Positions 1 to 13,584 are shown, counted from the stretch's first letter. The stretch is DNA of 64,000 nt from the human T2T-CHM13v2.0 reference genome, Homo sapiens (GCF_009914755.1 NC_060936.1); one strand, 5' to 3'. Numbers and translations: made by a program. Notes: generated by a model from the letters alone, not told the origin.

Positions 1-300
1 GTCCAGTTAGAGGGTAGGAGCGAGATGTGCGAAGGCCCTGGGGTGGGAGACCATACCTCTGGCTCCAGCAAGTGAAAGGTGGGCAGTGTGGCTGGAGTGC
101 AGGGTGAAGGGCAGATAGGCAGGATGTGTCTGAGAAGCAGGGGACAGGGCAGGGTCCCATGAGGCTTGTAGGCCCTGCTGAGGTCGTTATCATGAATGGG
201 AGGGGACGAAAGAGGAGGAGGATTGAAGGGGTTTGAGGACAGAGAGCCTGGGCTGGGAGACCTGGCCAGACAAGGAGGCTTAGCTGTTGCCTCCACCATC
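1..300 (-). mobile_element. L2 LINE fragment
   Basis: ggcagtgtggctggagtgcagggtgaaggg...ggcttgtaggccctg resembles the antisense L2 3' region. Confidence 0.6.
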
Positions 301-914
301 CTCTGGCCCAAGTCTGTATGTCTGGCCTCCCTGGGCATCCAGAAAGTTCCCCAGTCTCCCAAGGTTGGCACAAGAATAAAGCAATTTCCCTGGGCAGATG
401 AGGAGGGGGTTGAGGGTGGTCCTCACCACATTCAAATACAGGCTTCTTTTCTGCCATGTATTATTTACCTAGGGGCTTGTGAAAAAGAGAAGGATCCAAA
501 AAAAACAACAGCAAGCAAACACCCCCTCCCCCCACCACCCTGCAGTCCAACATTGCTCCAGGCGTGCAGCCTGAGGGAATGAGTATTTTTTTTCCTCCAG
601 TATCTGTACGTGTGTGAGCATGTGAGACGCTGTGCTAGAGCTCCAGGTCCCAACCAGCATAGGTGGCTCTGGGGCCTTTGGGACATCGCGAGGCGGCACC
701 ATCGCCTCCCACAGCCCCGGCAAAGGTTGGCCTCATGGGGCCTGCACTTTGAGATACGGTGGGCTTCCGTTTTAGATCAGTCTGGTGCTCCAGTAACTCC
801 AGCAGGGCCTGCCTTGGGGGCTGGGGGTTCTCAGGCAGGCTGGCTCCTGGAAGGGTAAAATTCCCAGAGGAAGGGAGGTAGCGAGTCCGGGGGATTTGGC
901 GGCCGCCCCTGCAT

Positions 915-1100
915 AGCATTATTCTGTGCCTCACACATTCTTATTAGCATCGTAATCGCTCCAAAATACTGATTCATTATTGCACTCCGAGCTGCAGACG
1001 GAGGCAATGGGGTTTAATAGTTCCATATGAGCCATTCTGGGCTGTTGAGTAAATATTGCTCATTGTGAAAAATTGGGTAAATGTGTGTTTACGCTGTCGA
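915..1100. promoter_or_regulatory. candidate enhancer / conserved non-coding element
   Basis: Repeat-free AT-rich block. Forkhead motifs GTAAATA (1049-1055) and TGTTTAC (1086-1092); SOX CATTGT (1061-1066). Confidence 0.35.
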
Positions 1101-1449
1101 GGAGCGAGGCACCAGCCAAGTAGGTAGCTGGTGTCTGGACATGCACCCGGCAAGGTGGTGGGGACAGGGGAATGAATGTTCTCTGGGAAATATTTGCTTC
1201 CTGTCTGGCTGGCCTTGGAAATGTTCTTTGGACATGGACGTTGGGATCAAGAAAGGGGCTTTACCTCAAAATCAAGGTAGAAGGAGCCTTGTGTTTCTTG
1301 TGCGTGTGCAAATGGCTTAGGAGTGGGCAGGAAAGACCCTGGGCCTTCCAAGCTTGTAGAGACAAATGATTGGATTCAGAATCAGAGAGCTGGTTACCAC
1401 CAGCAGCAGGAGGCGATGTGGCAGGTGAGAAGTGTGCAGGTGAGAGGGT

Positions 1450-1640
1450 TTGACTCTGGGTTCCCTGTTCAACCACCTGCTAATTGTGGGATTTCAGGCA
1501 AGTTACCTGACCCCTCTGTGGCCTCAGTTTTCTCATCTATAAAATGGGGATAAAATAACTTCCTCGTAGGGCTATCATGGGATTTAAACATACGCTTATA
1601 ACATTCAAGTGGTGTCAGTTGGCATCATGCACAAGAAATG
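1450..1640 (+). mobile_element. MIR SINE
   Basis: Core ggcaagttacctgacccctctgtggcctcagttttctcatctataaaatgggga. Confidence 0.85.
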
Positions 1641-1699
1641 TTCACCATTAATATGATTCTGGTCTAGCATGGAGAGAAGGCCTGGATTTGAGTCTGGCT

Positions 1700-1845
1700 A
1701 TCTCAGGGCTTTGATTTTGAGAATCTGATGAAAGCTATGGATCTTCTTTTTAGAAATATGATGGAGACTTAGCATTTTGCATGTAGTTTCAGGGAGTTGC
1801 AAGATTCCCCCAAATCTAGCCATGTACCCCAAGTTAAGAGCTCCT
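1700..1845. mobile_element. hAT-type non-autonomous DNA transposon (MER-class) fragment
   Basis: tttgagaatctgatgaaagctatgga...ttttgcatgtagtttcaggg...ccccaagttaaga pattern. Confidence 0.55.
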
Positions 1846-1924
1846 ACTTTTATCATGCACCTTGCTCTGGGGTGGAAGTGAGGCATAGAATTTGGAACTG
1901 CCTAGAAGTGGGTTTCAACCCAAG

Positions 1925-2100
1925 GCCTGGGTTTTATCCTGGCTCTGCCTCATATTTGCTGTGAAATTGGGCAAGTGAATGACCCATCTCTGAGCCTCAG
2001 TCTTTTTTACCTAATGTTGAGTGGCTTCATGTGGAAAGGACTTGGAGTATATAAAGCACTGGGCCCAATGCCCGGCATACAGTACTCAGTAAATATCATC
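1925..2100 (+). mobile_element. MIR SINE
   Basis: ggctctgcc...gggcaagtg...ctctgagcctcagt...ggcatacagtactcagtaaat. Confidence 0.75.
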
Positions 2101-2349
2101 CTCATAATTCCTTCTGGTTAAAGACCTAAGAGTTGCTAAATGTAGACTCTGACTCTCTGCTGTTTTTATAGTCTGTGTATAATAATTTCATTATCTGAAG
2201 TTCTTGGGTGTGATCCTGCTAATGTTGCCTGTTGATCTATGGTAGACCAGTTCCCCATGTGTTTTGTAATTTTGGATTGAGAGGTCATCTTTGGTAGGCT
2301 TGTATCTCTGTGAATTCTATGTGACCAGGATTGACCTTAGTGCAGAAGT

Positions 2350-2520
2350 CATCCAGATAGCAAATATTTTTCACTTTGCAGACTACAGTCTCTAACACAA
2401 TGACTTAACTCTGCCTTTGTGCAAAAGCAGTGATAAACAAGAAATAAACTAATGAGTGGGGCTGGATTTGACCCAGGGCCGATGGGATTTGGCCTACAGG
2501 TCACTGTTTGCTCACCCTTG
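2350..2520. mobile_element. MER58A-like (hAT-Charlie)
   Basis: cagatagcaaatattttt...actctgcc...aaaagcag...ggctggatttg...gtttgctcaccc. Confidence 0.75.
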
Positions 2521-2823
2521 TTTTTTGGTTTGTTTGTTTGAGACGGAGTCTTGCTCTGTTGCCCAGGCTGGAGTGCAGTGGCACGATCTCGGCTCACTGC
2601 AAACTCCGCCTCTCCTGAGTTCAAGCAATTCTCCTGTCTCAGCCTCCTGAGTAGCTGGGACTACAGGTGCACATCACCATGCCTGGCTAGTTTTTGTATT
2701 TTTAGTAGAGACGGGGTTTGACCACATTGGTCAGGCTGGTCTCGAACTCCTGACCTCAGGTAATCCACCAGCCTTGACCTCCCAAAGTGCTGGGATTATA
2801 GGCATGAGCCACCGCACCCAGCC
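2521..2823 (-). mobile_element. Alu (AluS)
   Basis: Full dimeric Alu, antisense, poly-T at left. Confidence 0.97.
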
Positions 2824-2925
2824 ACCCCTGTGTTATTAATAGAAATATTTTGTATTTGTTTTGGCTTAATGTCCAGCAGTATTACCATGTGAGAATGATT
2901 TTTAAGTTAATTTCTTGGCAGAGAA

Positions 2926-3110
2926 CAGTAGTTCTCAAAGTGTGGTCCCTGGACCAGCAGCATCAGCATCCCCAAGAAATTTGTTAGACATGCAAATTGT
3001 CGAGCTCCAACCCAGATCTCCTGAGTCAGGAATCCTGGCAGTGGGACCCAGCAGTTTCTATTTTAACAAATTGCCCAGGTGATTCTGATCCATACTCAAG
3101 TCTGAGAATT
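2926..3110. mobile_element. MER5A (hAT-Charlie)
   Basis: cagtagttctcaaagtgtggtccctggaccagcagcatcagcatc...ccaggtgattctgat...tgagaa. Confidence 0.85.
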
Positions 3111-3924
3111 CCAAAGGGACAATCAATTTGAACTCCAAACCCATGCGAGTGCAGGATTATGGTTATACATTCTCAGGGGAAGCTACCTTTTGGTTTTCCA
3201 AACTAGAGGCAAGGCAGAGACAGATCAAGGCATGTCTTCTTCCAGTGTTAGTGGATAGAGGTGTTCTGATCCACATACTCGCTGAGTGTGAAGGCCTCTT
3301 CAGTACTAAGATGGGCACCTATCTATCCCATGCCCCACTCCTTTATTGCAGAGGGCACTTAATTATTGGTTCACATACTTAGCAGTCTGAGTGAGTTCCC
3401 TCTTCAGTTTTGGCCCCTGGGAATTTCTTACTTTTTCCAGAACTGACCTATATATTTAAAGGGATGCTGGTATACCTTATCCAGTATTTCTGGGTGTTTT
3501 ATAGTGGGAGCATTTCAGGTTATATTGTCTTCCATGTTACTGGACACTGAAGTCCTCTCAATGTAATGAAAATTAGTTTCTCCTTTAGAATTCTTTTTAG
3601 AAGGTCTGGTAGCCTCCTGCTTCACTGGTGACCTGACACTTTTCACTTACCCTGGGGTCTGAGCCCACTTTGTCACTCACAGGGACCAAAGGCTGAACAA
3701 ATCCTGGGAGTCTCTCTACCTTACCTCTGCCTGGAGCTGGAGTCCAGTTCAGCCAACGTTTGTTAAGCACCCATTGGGTGAGGGGTGAGGGGAGTTCACT
3801 TTATACAAGTGACAAGTATCTCTGCTAGAGGACACCACCCCATGGTCAGTGTATTCCAGCATGTAAATCCCCTTGCTCTGCTCTAGGGGAACTTGACTGC
3901 TCTAAGGAGGAGGGTCAGAATGGT

Positions 3925-4145
3925 GTCAGGGTGAAGAGCTCTGGCTTTAAAATCCATTGGAATCAAGTTCAACTCCCAGCTCTGCCTTTTACAAGCTGTG
4001 TGATCTTGAGTGAGCCTCTGCCCCTCTCTGAGCATCAGCTTCTCCAACTGCAAGGTGGGATGACAGAGGGTTGCTGTTAAGGATCCAGTGAGATCATTCA
4101 TGGAAGGCACTTGGCCAAGCACCTGGTACATGGTGAGTCCTCCAG
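3925..4145 (+). mobile_element. MIR SINE
   Basis: ctgtgtgatcttgagtgagcc...ctctgagcatcagcttctcc...tgagatcattcatggaaggcacttggc. Confidence 0.8.
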
Positions 4146-4389
4146 GGAGCACCTCCAATGAATGTTTGTGACTGGAATGGCCGTTATGAGTCTGTTTCTC
4201 ATGATAACCGACTTGGAGAAGTCAGGCTGGGGAGGTGGACTGGCCCTTGGGTGCTCCAGAGGCCATCGTGTCACAGATACAACTTGGGGTAGCAGCCCTG
4301 CACCCCACCACTATTCCTGTAGTGACCTTTCTTCATGCTTTCCACCTCTACACAGTCATGTGACTCAACCCAGGAAGACAGGGAAGCTG

Positions 4390-4780
4390 CCAGTCATAGT
4401 ATGCCATCCCTCTGGCTACAGTGATTGGACCACCAGAGAGTCACATGACTTAAGCTGGGCCAATCAGAATTCTCTGGTACTTTTCAGCTGGAGCAGGTCT
4501 CTGTTGTCCCTATAGCTGAGACGTGGGAAGGAAGAAAGGAAGGAAGCCTGAAGGAAGGAAGTCTAGAGCCGCCTGGAGGCAGGGTTTCAGACAATTTCAT
4601 GGGGACAGAGTGAAACCAGCCTGCAGGGAGAGGCTAAGAGACAGAGTCCTGATTTGAATCATCCTGAGGGCATTCTCTCTCTTTATCGTTTGATTACAGG
4701 AGCCCAACCCATGTTTTTATTTGTGTATTTGGTTGTTTAAGCTTGTTCAGACCGAGTTTCTGCCACCTACAATCAGAAAC
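4390..4780 (+). mobile_element. old MaLR LTR (MLT1J/K-like)
   Basis: ggctacagtgattgg...cacatgact...ggccaatcaga...tttaagcttgtt...gagtttctgccacctacaa. Confidence 0.6.
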
Positions 4781-5239
4781 ACCCCCAAAACATGTCTCCC
4801 CATGGAAGGTTCCGGGAACTCTTGGCCACTCCATTCTGTGTGACCAAAATTCTCCAAAGGTGAATCAGACACAAGTCATGTCTGCCAACCTGGCCTGGTG
4901 TTGATAGGCGGGTCTGGTGCAGGATGTACCCTGTTGTTTGAAGAACATCATGTGGAGAACAAGGGGACAGAGGGAGGCCATAGGGTGTGCCAGGACACAG
5001 GCCTGGGCAGAACTCCACCACCCTTGGGATTTGAGTATCCCAGAAGAAGGAACATTTGGGCAGTGACATGGCCATGTTCGTGTCACTGAACCACCCTGAG
5101 AAATAAGGTCCCGCGCAGAGCTTCAGCAGATGTGGAATAGTTCCACCCCCTGCCTCAGATTCTTTTCAGGGCAGCCCATCACGACCCCTCTAGCAAGAGT
5201 TACCTGCCCTCCCCACCGATCATACCCTAGTCCAGCAGG

Positions 5240-6307
<1,068 letters not shown>

Positions 6308-6705
6308 GGAATGTGGCCCTGGAGTCAGAATGGGTCTGGGTTCAAATCTCTGAGCCTCAGTTTTCCTATCTGAAGAATGGGGTTGTTAGGTTTAGTGAAG
6401 ACAGTATGGGAAAATTACTTCCTTAGCACGGAGCCCAATACATAGTAAGTGCTCACTTCTCCAGGTTCACCCTGGCTGACCCTTCCTCTCAGCCCATGTG
6501 CTGCCATATTAAAGTTAGCACAGCTCTGAAGGGCAGTATTTTCTCCCTCTTCCGTGCTCTTCCCCTTGCCCACAGTAACTTTCCATACTTCGTCTGTCCA
6601 GTGGACTCCTGTTCATCCATCAGGGCCCAGCTTAAAGCATCACCTCTCTGTAAACCCTCAGTCAGCAACCCCTCCATCCTAAGGCTGGCCATAAACAAAG
6701 CCTTG

Positions 6706-6708
<3 letters not shown>

Positions 6709-6755
<47 letters not shown>

Positions 6756-6758
6756 GTG
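6709..6758. repeat. (TG)16(CG)4(TG)5 microsatellite
   Basis: Direct reading; uninterrupted purine/pyrimidine alternation. Confidence 0.97.
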
Positions 6759-6759
6759 T

Positions 6760-7075
6760 TATTTTCTCATAGCTCTGGAGGTTAGAAGTTTGAGATCAAG
6801 GTTTCAGCAGGTTCTTTCTGAGGCCTCTCTTATTGGCTTATAGATGCCTGTCTTCTCCCTGTGTCTTCACATGGTCATACCCTGGGCATGTCTGTGTCTT
6901 AATCTCTTATTAGAAGGACACCCATCAGATTGAATTAGGGCCCACTGTCATGATCTCATTTTTACCTTAAATACATCTTTAAAGGCCCTGCTCCAAATAC
7001 AGTCTCCAAACACACATTCTGAAGTCCTGGGGGTTAGGACTTCAGTTGGGGAGGCGGGAGTTCAGCTCCTAATAA
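6760..7075 (-). mobile_element. MLT1A/B-type MaLR LTR
   Basis: ctcatagctctggaggttagaag...gagatcaagg...cttcacatggtc...aaggacacc...ttagggcccac...cacattctga. Confidence 0.85.
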
Positions 7076-7502
7076 AAAAGTCACCATGCCTAGGTGTGCT
7101 TCTAGATGATACCTGTGTGGGCTTCAGTCTCTACAGGACCCTAGAGCATGGCTTTAGACAGCCCCAGGGCCCAGCTCCTGTGATGAGGATGGGAGGGTCG
7201 CTGCATGGGGGATGCCGGCCTGGGAGCTCCTGGCCGCAGAGCTTGGCTGCCTTCCCTGACTTGAGGCCTAGGCACACACCTCCATGCTCTGCCTGGTCTT
7301 ACAAGGAGTTTGTAAGTCTCTGAACTGCCCACAGCAGCCATGGAGGCGTAGGGAGCCAGAGTCTCAGATATCCAGGGAGTGGGAGAAGGGAATGGGTGTG
7401 CCTGAAGACATCCTGCCCAGCTTCAGCAAGTGGGGGTCTCTGGACAACCTTCTAGGGCCACACAAGAAATAAAACCGTTGTTAACACTATCTATGGGTTT
7501 GT

Positions 7503-7637
7503 CCTCCCTCTCTCCCTTCCTTCCTTCCCTTCCTCCCTTCCCTCTCTCCCTCCCTCCCTCCCTTCTTCCTTCCTTCCTTCTTTCCTTCCTTCCTTCCTTC
7601 CTTCCTTCCTTCCTTCCTTCCTTCCTTCCTTCTTTTT
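7503..7637. repeat. (CCTT)n/CT-rich tract at the 3' tail of the adjacent L1
   Basis: Direct reading. Confidence 0.95.
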
Positions 7638-9530
7638 CAAGATTTTCTTTACAGCAGTTTTAGGTTCACAACAAAATCGAGAGTTGCCGTATCCTCTCTG
7701 CCCCAATATGTGCATAGCCTCCCCCATTATCAGCATCTCCCACCAGAATCGTACATTTGTTACAAATCAATGTACATTGACACATCATTACCCAGAGTCT
7801 GTAGTTTACATTAGGATTCATTCTTGGTGTGGTATGTTCTATGGGCTTGGACAAGTGTATAATGACATATATCTGCCATCATAGTATCATACCTAGGATT
7901 TTTGCTGCCCTAAAAATCATCCGTGCTCTACTACTTCATCCCTCCCTGCTCCCTCCAACCTCTGGACACCAGTGACCCTCTTACTGTCTCCATAGTTTTG
8001 CCTTTTCCAGAATTCCATATAGTTGGAATCATACAGTATGTAGCCTTTTCAGATTGGCTTTTTTCACTTAACAACCTGCATTTAAGATTCTTCCATGTGT
8101 TTTCCTGGCTTTTTAGCTCATCTTTTTTTAGTGCCAAATAATATTCCATTGTCTGCAGGTACCACCGTTTATTTATCCATTCACCTACTGAAGGACATTT
8201 TAGTTGGTTCCAAATTTTGGCAGTTATGAGTAAGGCTGCTGTAAACATCTTTCTCTAGGTTTTTTTTTTTTTTTTTGTGGACATAAGTTTTCACCTCCTT
8301 TGGGTAAATATGAAGGAACAAGATTGCTGGATCATATGGTAAGAGTATGCTTAGTTTTTTAAGAAACTGCCAAATTGTCTTTCAAAGTGGCTACACCATT
8401 TTGCCTTCCCACCAGCAATGAATGCGTGTTCCTGTTGCTCCACATCTTTGCCAGCATTTAGTGTTATCAATGTTCTGGATTTTGGCCATTCTGATAGGTG
8501 TGTAGAGGTATCTCACTATTGTTTTAATTTGCATTTTCCTGATGATATACGACTTGGAGCATCTTTTCATATGCTTATTTGCATATACTGTATATCTTCT
8601 TTGGTGAGGATCTGTTAAGTTCCTTGGTCAATTTTTTAAACAGGCTATTTTCTTATTGTCAAGTTTTAGGAGTTCTTTGTATAAAAGTCCTGTATCAGAT
8701 GTGTCTTTGGCAAATATTTTCTCCCAGTCTGTGGCTTGTTTTCTCATTCTGTTAATACTCCCTTTCCAGGAGCAGAAGTTTTTAATTTTAATGAAGTCTG
8801 GCTTATCAAGAATTTATTTGCTTTTGGTGTTGTATCTAAAAAGTCAACACCAAACCCAAGGTCATCCAGATTTTCCTATGTTATCTTCTGGGAGTTTTAT
8901 AGTTTTGCATTTTACATTTAGGTCCATGATCCATTTTGAGTTAATTTTTGTGAAGAGTGTAAGGTCTGTGTCTCTATTGATTTTTATTTTTTATTTTTGG
9001 CATGTGGCTGTCCAGTTGTTCCAGCACCATTTGTTGAAAAGACAAATATCTCTTCTCCATTTTATTGCCTTTGCTCCCTTGTCAAAGATCAGTTAACTAT
9101 ATTTATGTGGGTCTATTTCTGGGCTCTCTGTCCTGTTCTATCGATCTATTTGTCTATTCTTTCTCCAATACCACACTGTCTTCATTACTGTAGCTTTATA
9201 GTAAGTCTTGAAGTTCAGTAGTGTCAGTCCTTGACTTTGTCCTTCTCTTTCATATTATGTTGGCTATTCTGGGTCTTTTGCCTCTCCATATAAACTGTAG
9301 AATCAGTTTGTCACTACCCACAAAAATAGCTGGCTGGGATTTTAACTGGGATTGCACTGAGTCTATAGATCAAGTTGGGAAGAACTGACAACTTGACAAT
9401 ATTGAGTCTTCCTATCCATGAACATGGACTATCTCCCCATCTATTTAGTTATTCTGTGATTTTATTCGTCAGAGTTTTGTAGTTTTACTCATATAGATCT
9501 TGCACATAGTTTGTTACATTTAGCCTTGCT
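7638..9530 (-). mobile_element. L1M (L1MB/L1MC-type) 3' ~1.9 kb
   Basis: L1 3'UTR plus ORF2 C-terminal remnant (7931..8248 MFTAALLITAKIWNQLKCPSVGEWINK...MEYY). Confidence 0.92.
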
Positions 9531-10099
9531 TTATTTATATATAGTATTTAGTCTACATGTGTTTGTGTTCCTGTCAAGAGCAGGTTCCCACACCCTGTGG
9601 GCCTCCCTGCCCCCATGCAGTTCCCTCTGTGTTTGTAACCCTTTGTCCATCTCTCCATCACAATACAGTGCTGATTGCAATATCTACCTCAAGGAATGGC
9701 AAACTCCCATGAGCTTAGGGACAGGCAAGTAACATGAATGGTGGATCAGGCTCTGAGTAAAGTAGGAGGAAGTTTGTTGGGGGTATGGGGTGCTAGGCAA
9801 CTGGGGAGACCTGGCCCTGCCCCAGGGAAATAAAATTGATTAAAATACTGGGCTGGATGGATAAAATACCTGATTACTGGCTGACTGTGGCCCTTGGGCC
9901 TGCTTGTTTACAGTCTCTGGTTCTATTTATGTCCTCTTCCCAGCCCCATCAAGGCAGGGAGCCCTTTGAGGGCAGGGACCCCTCCCCCAACCCCAACTTC
10001 AGTGTCCTCTGCTGGGGGGCACACACATTGCAGAAGTGAGCAAATTTTTGATGAATGAAGAAACACATTTGCTGTTATCCTACTCATTCTTTTGAAAAG

Positions 10100-10690
10100 T
10101 AAAATATATTCAATGTGGCCATTATAGAAAGAACAGATAAGCAAAAAGAAGAAAATAAAAATGGTCCACTTAAGAGATAAATTTTTGTCACGGTTTCTTT
10201 AGATCTTTTGTTGACATGTCACAGACAGAAAAAGGCACAGATCCTATAGGTTCAGCTCAACTGTCACAAACTGAACATACTCATGGAATTTCCACTCAAA
10301 TTAAGAACTAGAAAATCCCTGGCCCTCTTAGAGGCTCCTTCGTATCCCTTCCAGTCACTACCAACCACCCACCCCCCAGGGTGAACCCTGTGCCCACTTC
10401 TTACAGCACAGATTAGTCTTGTTTGGAATCAACCAGCCTGTGCTCTTCTGTGTCTGGTTTCTTTTACCAACATTATGTTCTCAAGATTCACCTGTGTTGT
10501 GCGGCATTACAGTTTGTTGTCATTGCTGTGTAGCATTCTCTTTTGTGACTACACCACAATTTTTCATCCATTCCCCTGTTAAGGTACATTTGAGTGGCTT
10601 CAGTTGGGGGCTCCTACAAACAGTGCTGTTAGGAACATTTGTTCATTACTGTCTTTTAGTGCACAGGGGCACACAGTTTTCTTGGGTATA
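10100..10690 (-). mobile_element. L1ME-type fragments
   Basis: tgtctggtttcttttacc...tcaagattcacc...atccattcccctgtt...cagtgctgttaggaacatt. Confidence 0.65.
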
Positions 10691-10696
10691 AATAAG

Positions 10697-10850
10697 GGTT
10701 TCTCAGTCTTGACACCATTGATGTTTGGGGCCAGAGAATTCTTTGTTGTGGGTGCTGCTCTGTGCGTTGTAGGATGCTTAGCAGCATCTCTGGCCTCTAT
10801 CTACTCAGTGCGATAGCATCTCCCAAATTGTAACAATGAAAAATGTCTCC
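10697..10850. mobile_element. MER20 (hAT-Charlie), truncated at the Alu
   Basis: ggtttctcagtcttgacaccattgatgtttggggccaga...taggatgcttagcagcatctctggcctcta...aaaaatgtctcc. Confidence 0.85.
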
Positions 10851-10853
10851 GGG

Positions 10854-11143
10854 GGCTGGTCATGGTGGCTTATGCCTATAATCCCAATGCTTTGGGACGC
10901 CAAAGCAGGAGGATCACTTGGAGCCAGGAATTTGAAACCAGCCTGGGCAACACAGGGAGACCCTGTCTCTATGAGAAAATTTAAAAATTAGCTGGGTATG
11001 GTGGCAAGCGCCTGTAGTTCTAGCTACTCCGGAGGCTGAGGCAGGAGAATGTCTTGAGGAGTTCAAGGCTGCAGTGAGCGATGATCACACCACTGCACTC
11101 CAGCCTGGGGGACAGAGGGATACCTCATCTCAGAGAAAAACAA
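10854..11143 (+). mobile_element. Alu (AluJ)
   Basis: Dimeric Alu with J-type gaggatcacttg / gagttcaaggctgcagtgagc. Confidence 0.95.
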
Positions 11144-11312
11144 TTGAATTTTAGATAAACAGTGAATGATTTTCAGTATAAGTATATCCCATGCAATGTT
11201 TGGGATATACTTATACTAAAAAAAAAAATCATACATTGTTTATCTGAAATGAAATGTGTCATTGTTTATCTGAAATGAAATGTGTCTGGGTGTCCTGTAT
11301 TTTATCCAGCAA
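11144..11312. mobile_element. MER53 palindromic MITE
   Basis: ttgaattttagataaac...agtataagtatatccca-loop-tgggatatacttatact...gtttatctgaaat...ctgggtgtcctgtatttt. Confidence 0.85.
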
Positions 11313-11399
11313 TCGGCTTAATTCCATTTCTTCTGTCTTCTGAACACTGCAGTGAATAACATCCTGGAAGCTGAATCTTTGCATACAAACCATGTTTCC

Positions 11400-11560
11400 C
11401 AGTCGAGGCTTCTCATTTGAATCACCTGGGGGCTTGTTAAAGCCCAGCATCTCGCCCCACCCCAGGTCTCTCGAAACAGATTGCAAATTTGGTTGAGACT
11501 GAATCTGTAACTAAGTCCCCAGGTGATTCAGAGCCAAAGACGTAGGGTAAACACCTGAGT
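11400..11560. mobile_element. MER5-family fragment
   Basis: gaatcacctgggggcttgttaaa...ccccaccccagg...ccccaggtgattc. Confidence 0.6.
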
Positions 11561-13069
11561 AGAGTAAATTGTGAGGGCCACCCGCCTATTTCGCTAAAGT
11601 GGAAGATGGGGCAGGGAAACATTCTAGCTGTTCCCTGCCTGATCAGCTGGGTCAGCTCTCTGCTGTGAGTGAAGATAGAGGCTTGTCTTTGCCCAACCTT
11701 GCCTGGGACCCCTCTGCCTGTGGCCTTCAGCTTGGACAGGGGGCTGAGGGGGTGCCCCTACCTTGAGCTGCCCCTCAGCTCAGCCCAGAGCCTGCCCTGA
11801 CTTCACAGGAAGCAGCAGCTGAACTTTGGCAGCAGGAGGGAAGTGGGGGGTTGTGGGCACCAGAACCAACTGCATTGATTTCTGGCTGCAGTTCTTGGAA
11901 GGCCTGTCATGAGGAAAACAGGCAGCGGGTAAACAGCAGACGGCGGCAGGGCCCAGCAGCTGGGAGGACCTGGCTGGACCTAGGAACCTGTCTTAGCTCG
12001 TGGTACCGGCCAGGTCTGGCCACCACTGTTGGGGACACCGTGCCCCTCGGGCCCAGGCCTGAGCCTCTCGAGACCCCACCATCTAGCCAGGTAAGGTTTG
12101 CCCAGACCTGGTCCCCCAGAACTGTCTCCCTTGCTCTGCCCCTGCCTGTTCAGAGCCTTAGGGATTCTGGGTTCATTCATCCAGTCCCCCACAGGCCTTC
12201 TCTGGACCAGGCCTGGCCGAGTCACACCTGAGGGCTGCAGAGGATGGAGGAGACAGCCACCACCCCCACCCCCCACCACCCAGCCGCACCCTGAGCCCTG
12301 CTCACAGGAGCAGCCGCTCTCCCTGGCTCTGGAGGGCAGATCTGATTTCTGTTCCATCCCAGCTGCTGCCAGGCACCCCTGGAGCCGTCAGACCGCAGCC
12401 AACTAGGCGGGCCGACCCTGTCTGCGCAGAGCCACCGCAAAATTACAGCTCAGACAGGATCAATAGGATCAGGTCGAGGGGCCTTTGGAGGATGATTTTG
12501 CTTTGAGGAGAGGTCAGAGGGGCTTCAGACTTATAAATTTATTATTTAAGGGAGGATTCCTGGTGGTCCGTAAGAGTTTGTTGGACAGGGAGTTGGCCTC
12601 TCTCTGGTCTCCTGGATGTTCTCTGGGGTGGAGTCAAAGCGTCTAGGCTGTTTGCGATGGGATAAGCTGGGTGCCTTCCCCGGCAATGGGTAGAGGGGAT
12701 GATCAGGGTTTGGGGGCAGCGTTCGGATGCGGAGAGGGAGCTGCTCACCTTCCATGTCCATTTGCTGCTGTTGTTTTTTGGGGAGAGCTCAGTTGACAAA
12801 TATATTTGTGTGTCATGCTGTCTTTTTACTTATTTGGGCGCTTATTGTAGGCCTGGCATTATTCTAGGCTGAGGGAATCAGGTCATGACCAAGCCAGATG
12901 GAGCTTATAAGTCTCATTATTTGTCCTTACTGGGGAGGAATCCAAGGCCCAGGGTGTCCGAGTGATTTGCCCAGGGTCACTCAGCAAGAGGCCCCTGCCA
13001 GGTTCCACTCTGCCTAGGAAATGAGCAAAATAGTCTCCATCAGACCAAGTGGGAAACTGAGTCTGAATA

Positions 13070-13285
13070 ATAATGATGATGATAATAACCAGCCTTCAGT
13101 AAGGGCTTAGCAGGTGGCCGGGAACTGTGCTAAGTGAACCCTATGAGGTTGGTACTATTGTCTTCCCATTATAAAGGTGAGAAAACTAAGGTTCAGAGAG
13201 GTGAATTCACATTCTTGAAGTCACACAGCTAGTCAGTGGCAAAGCTAGAATTTGAACTCAGGACTTTGGCTTTCAAGCTTAACCA
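13070..13285 (-). mobile_element. MIR SINE
   Basis: gagaaaactaaggttcagagaggtgaa...gtcacacagctagtcagtggc...tttgaactcagg. Confidence 0.85.
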
Positions 13286-13584
13286 CACATCATGTGGATA
13301 CTTTCTGAAGTTCCCACTAAAGCCTTGTGCACTGGAGAGGCAAGTCAGCATCATCATTTTTATAAAGATCAGGTCCTCAGGCTGGGATGTGCAGTTGAGG
13401 AGGATGCTAATCCACCACCACTGACTTTATCCAGAACTGATCTAAGGAGCAAAACAAAACACCTGGCATATAATAGCAATATTAACAATGGAAACAACAG
13501 ATGCCATTTTTGAGCAGTTGAATAATTCCCATGTGCCTCCTACCATGTAGAGATGACCTAGAGAACTTCAAATCCATAGCTGCA

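Noticed and set aside
7931-8248. ORF resembling a reverse-transcriptase protein C-terminus
   Set aside because: Decayed L1 ORF2 fragment, not a host gene
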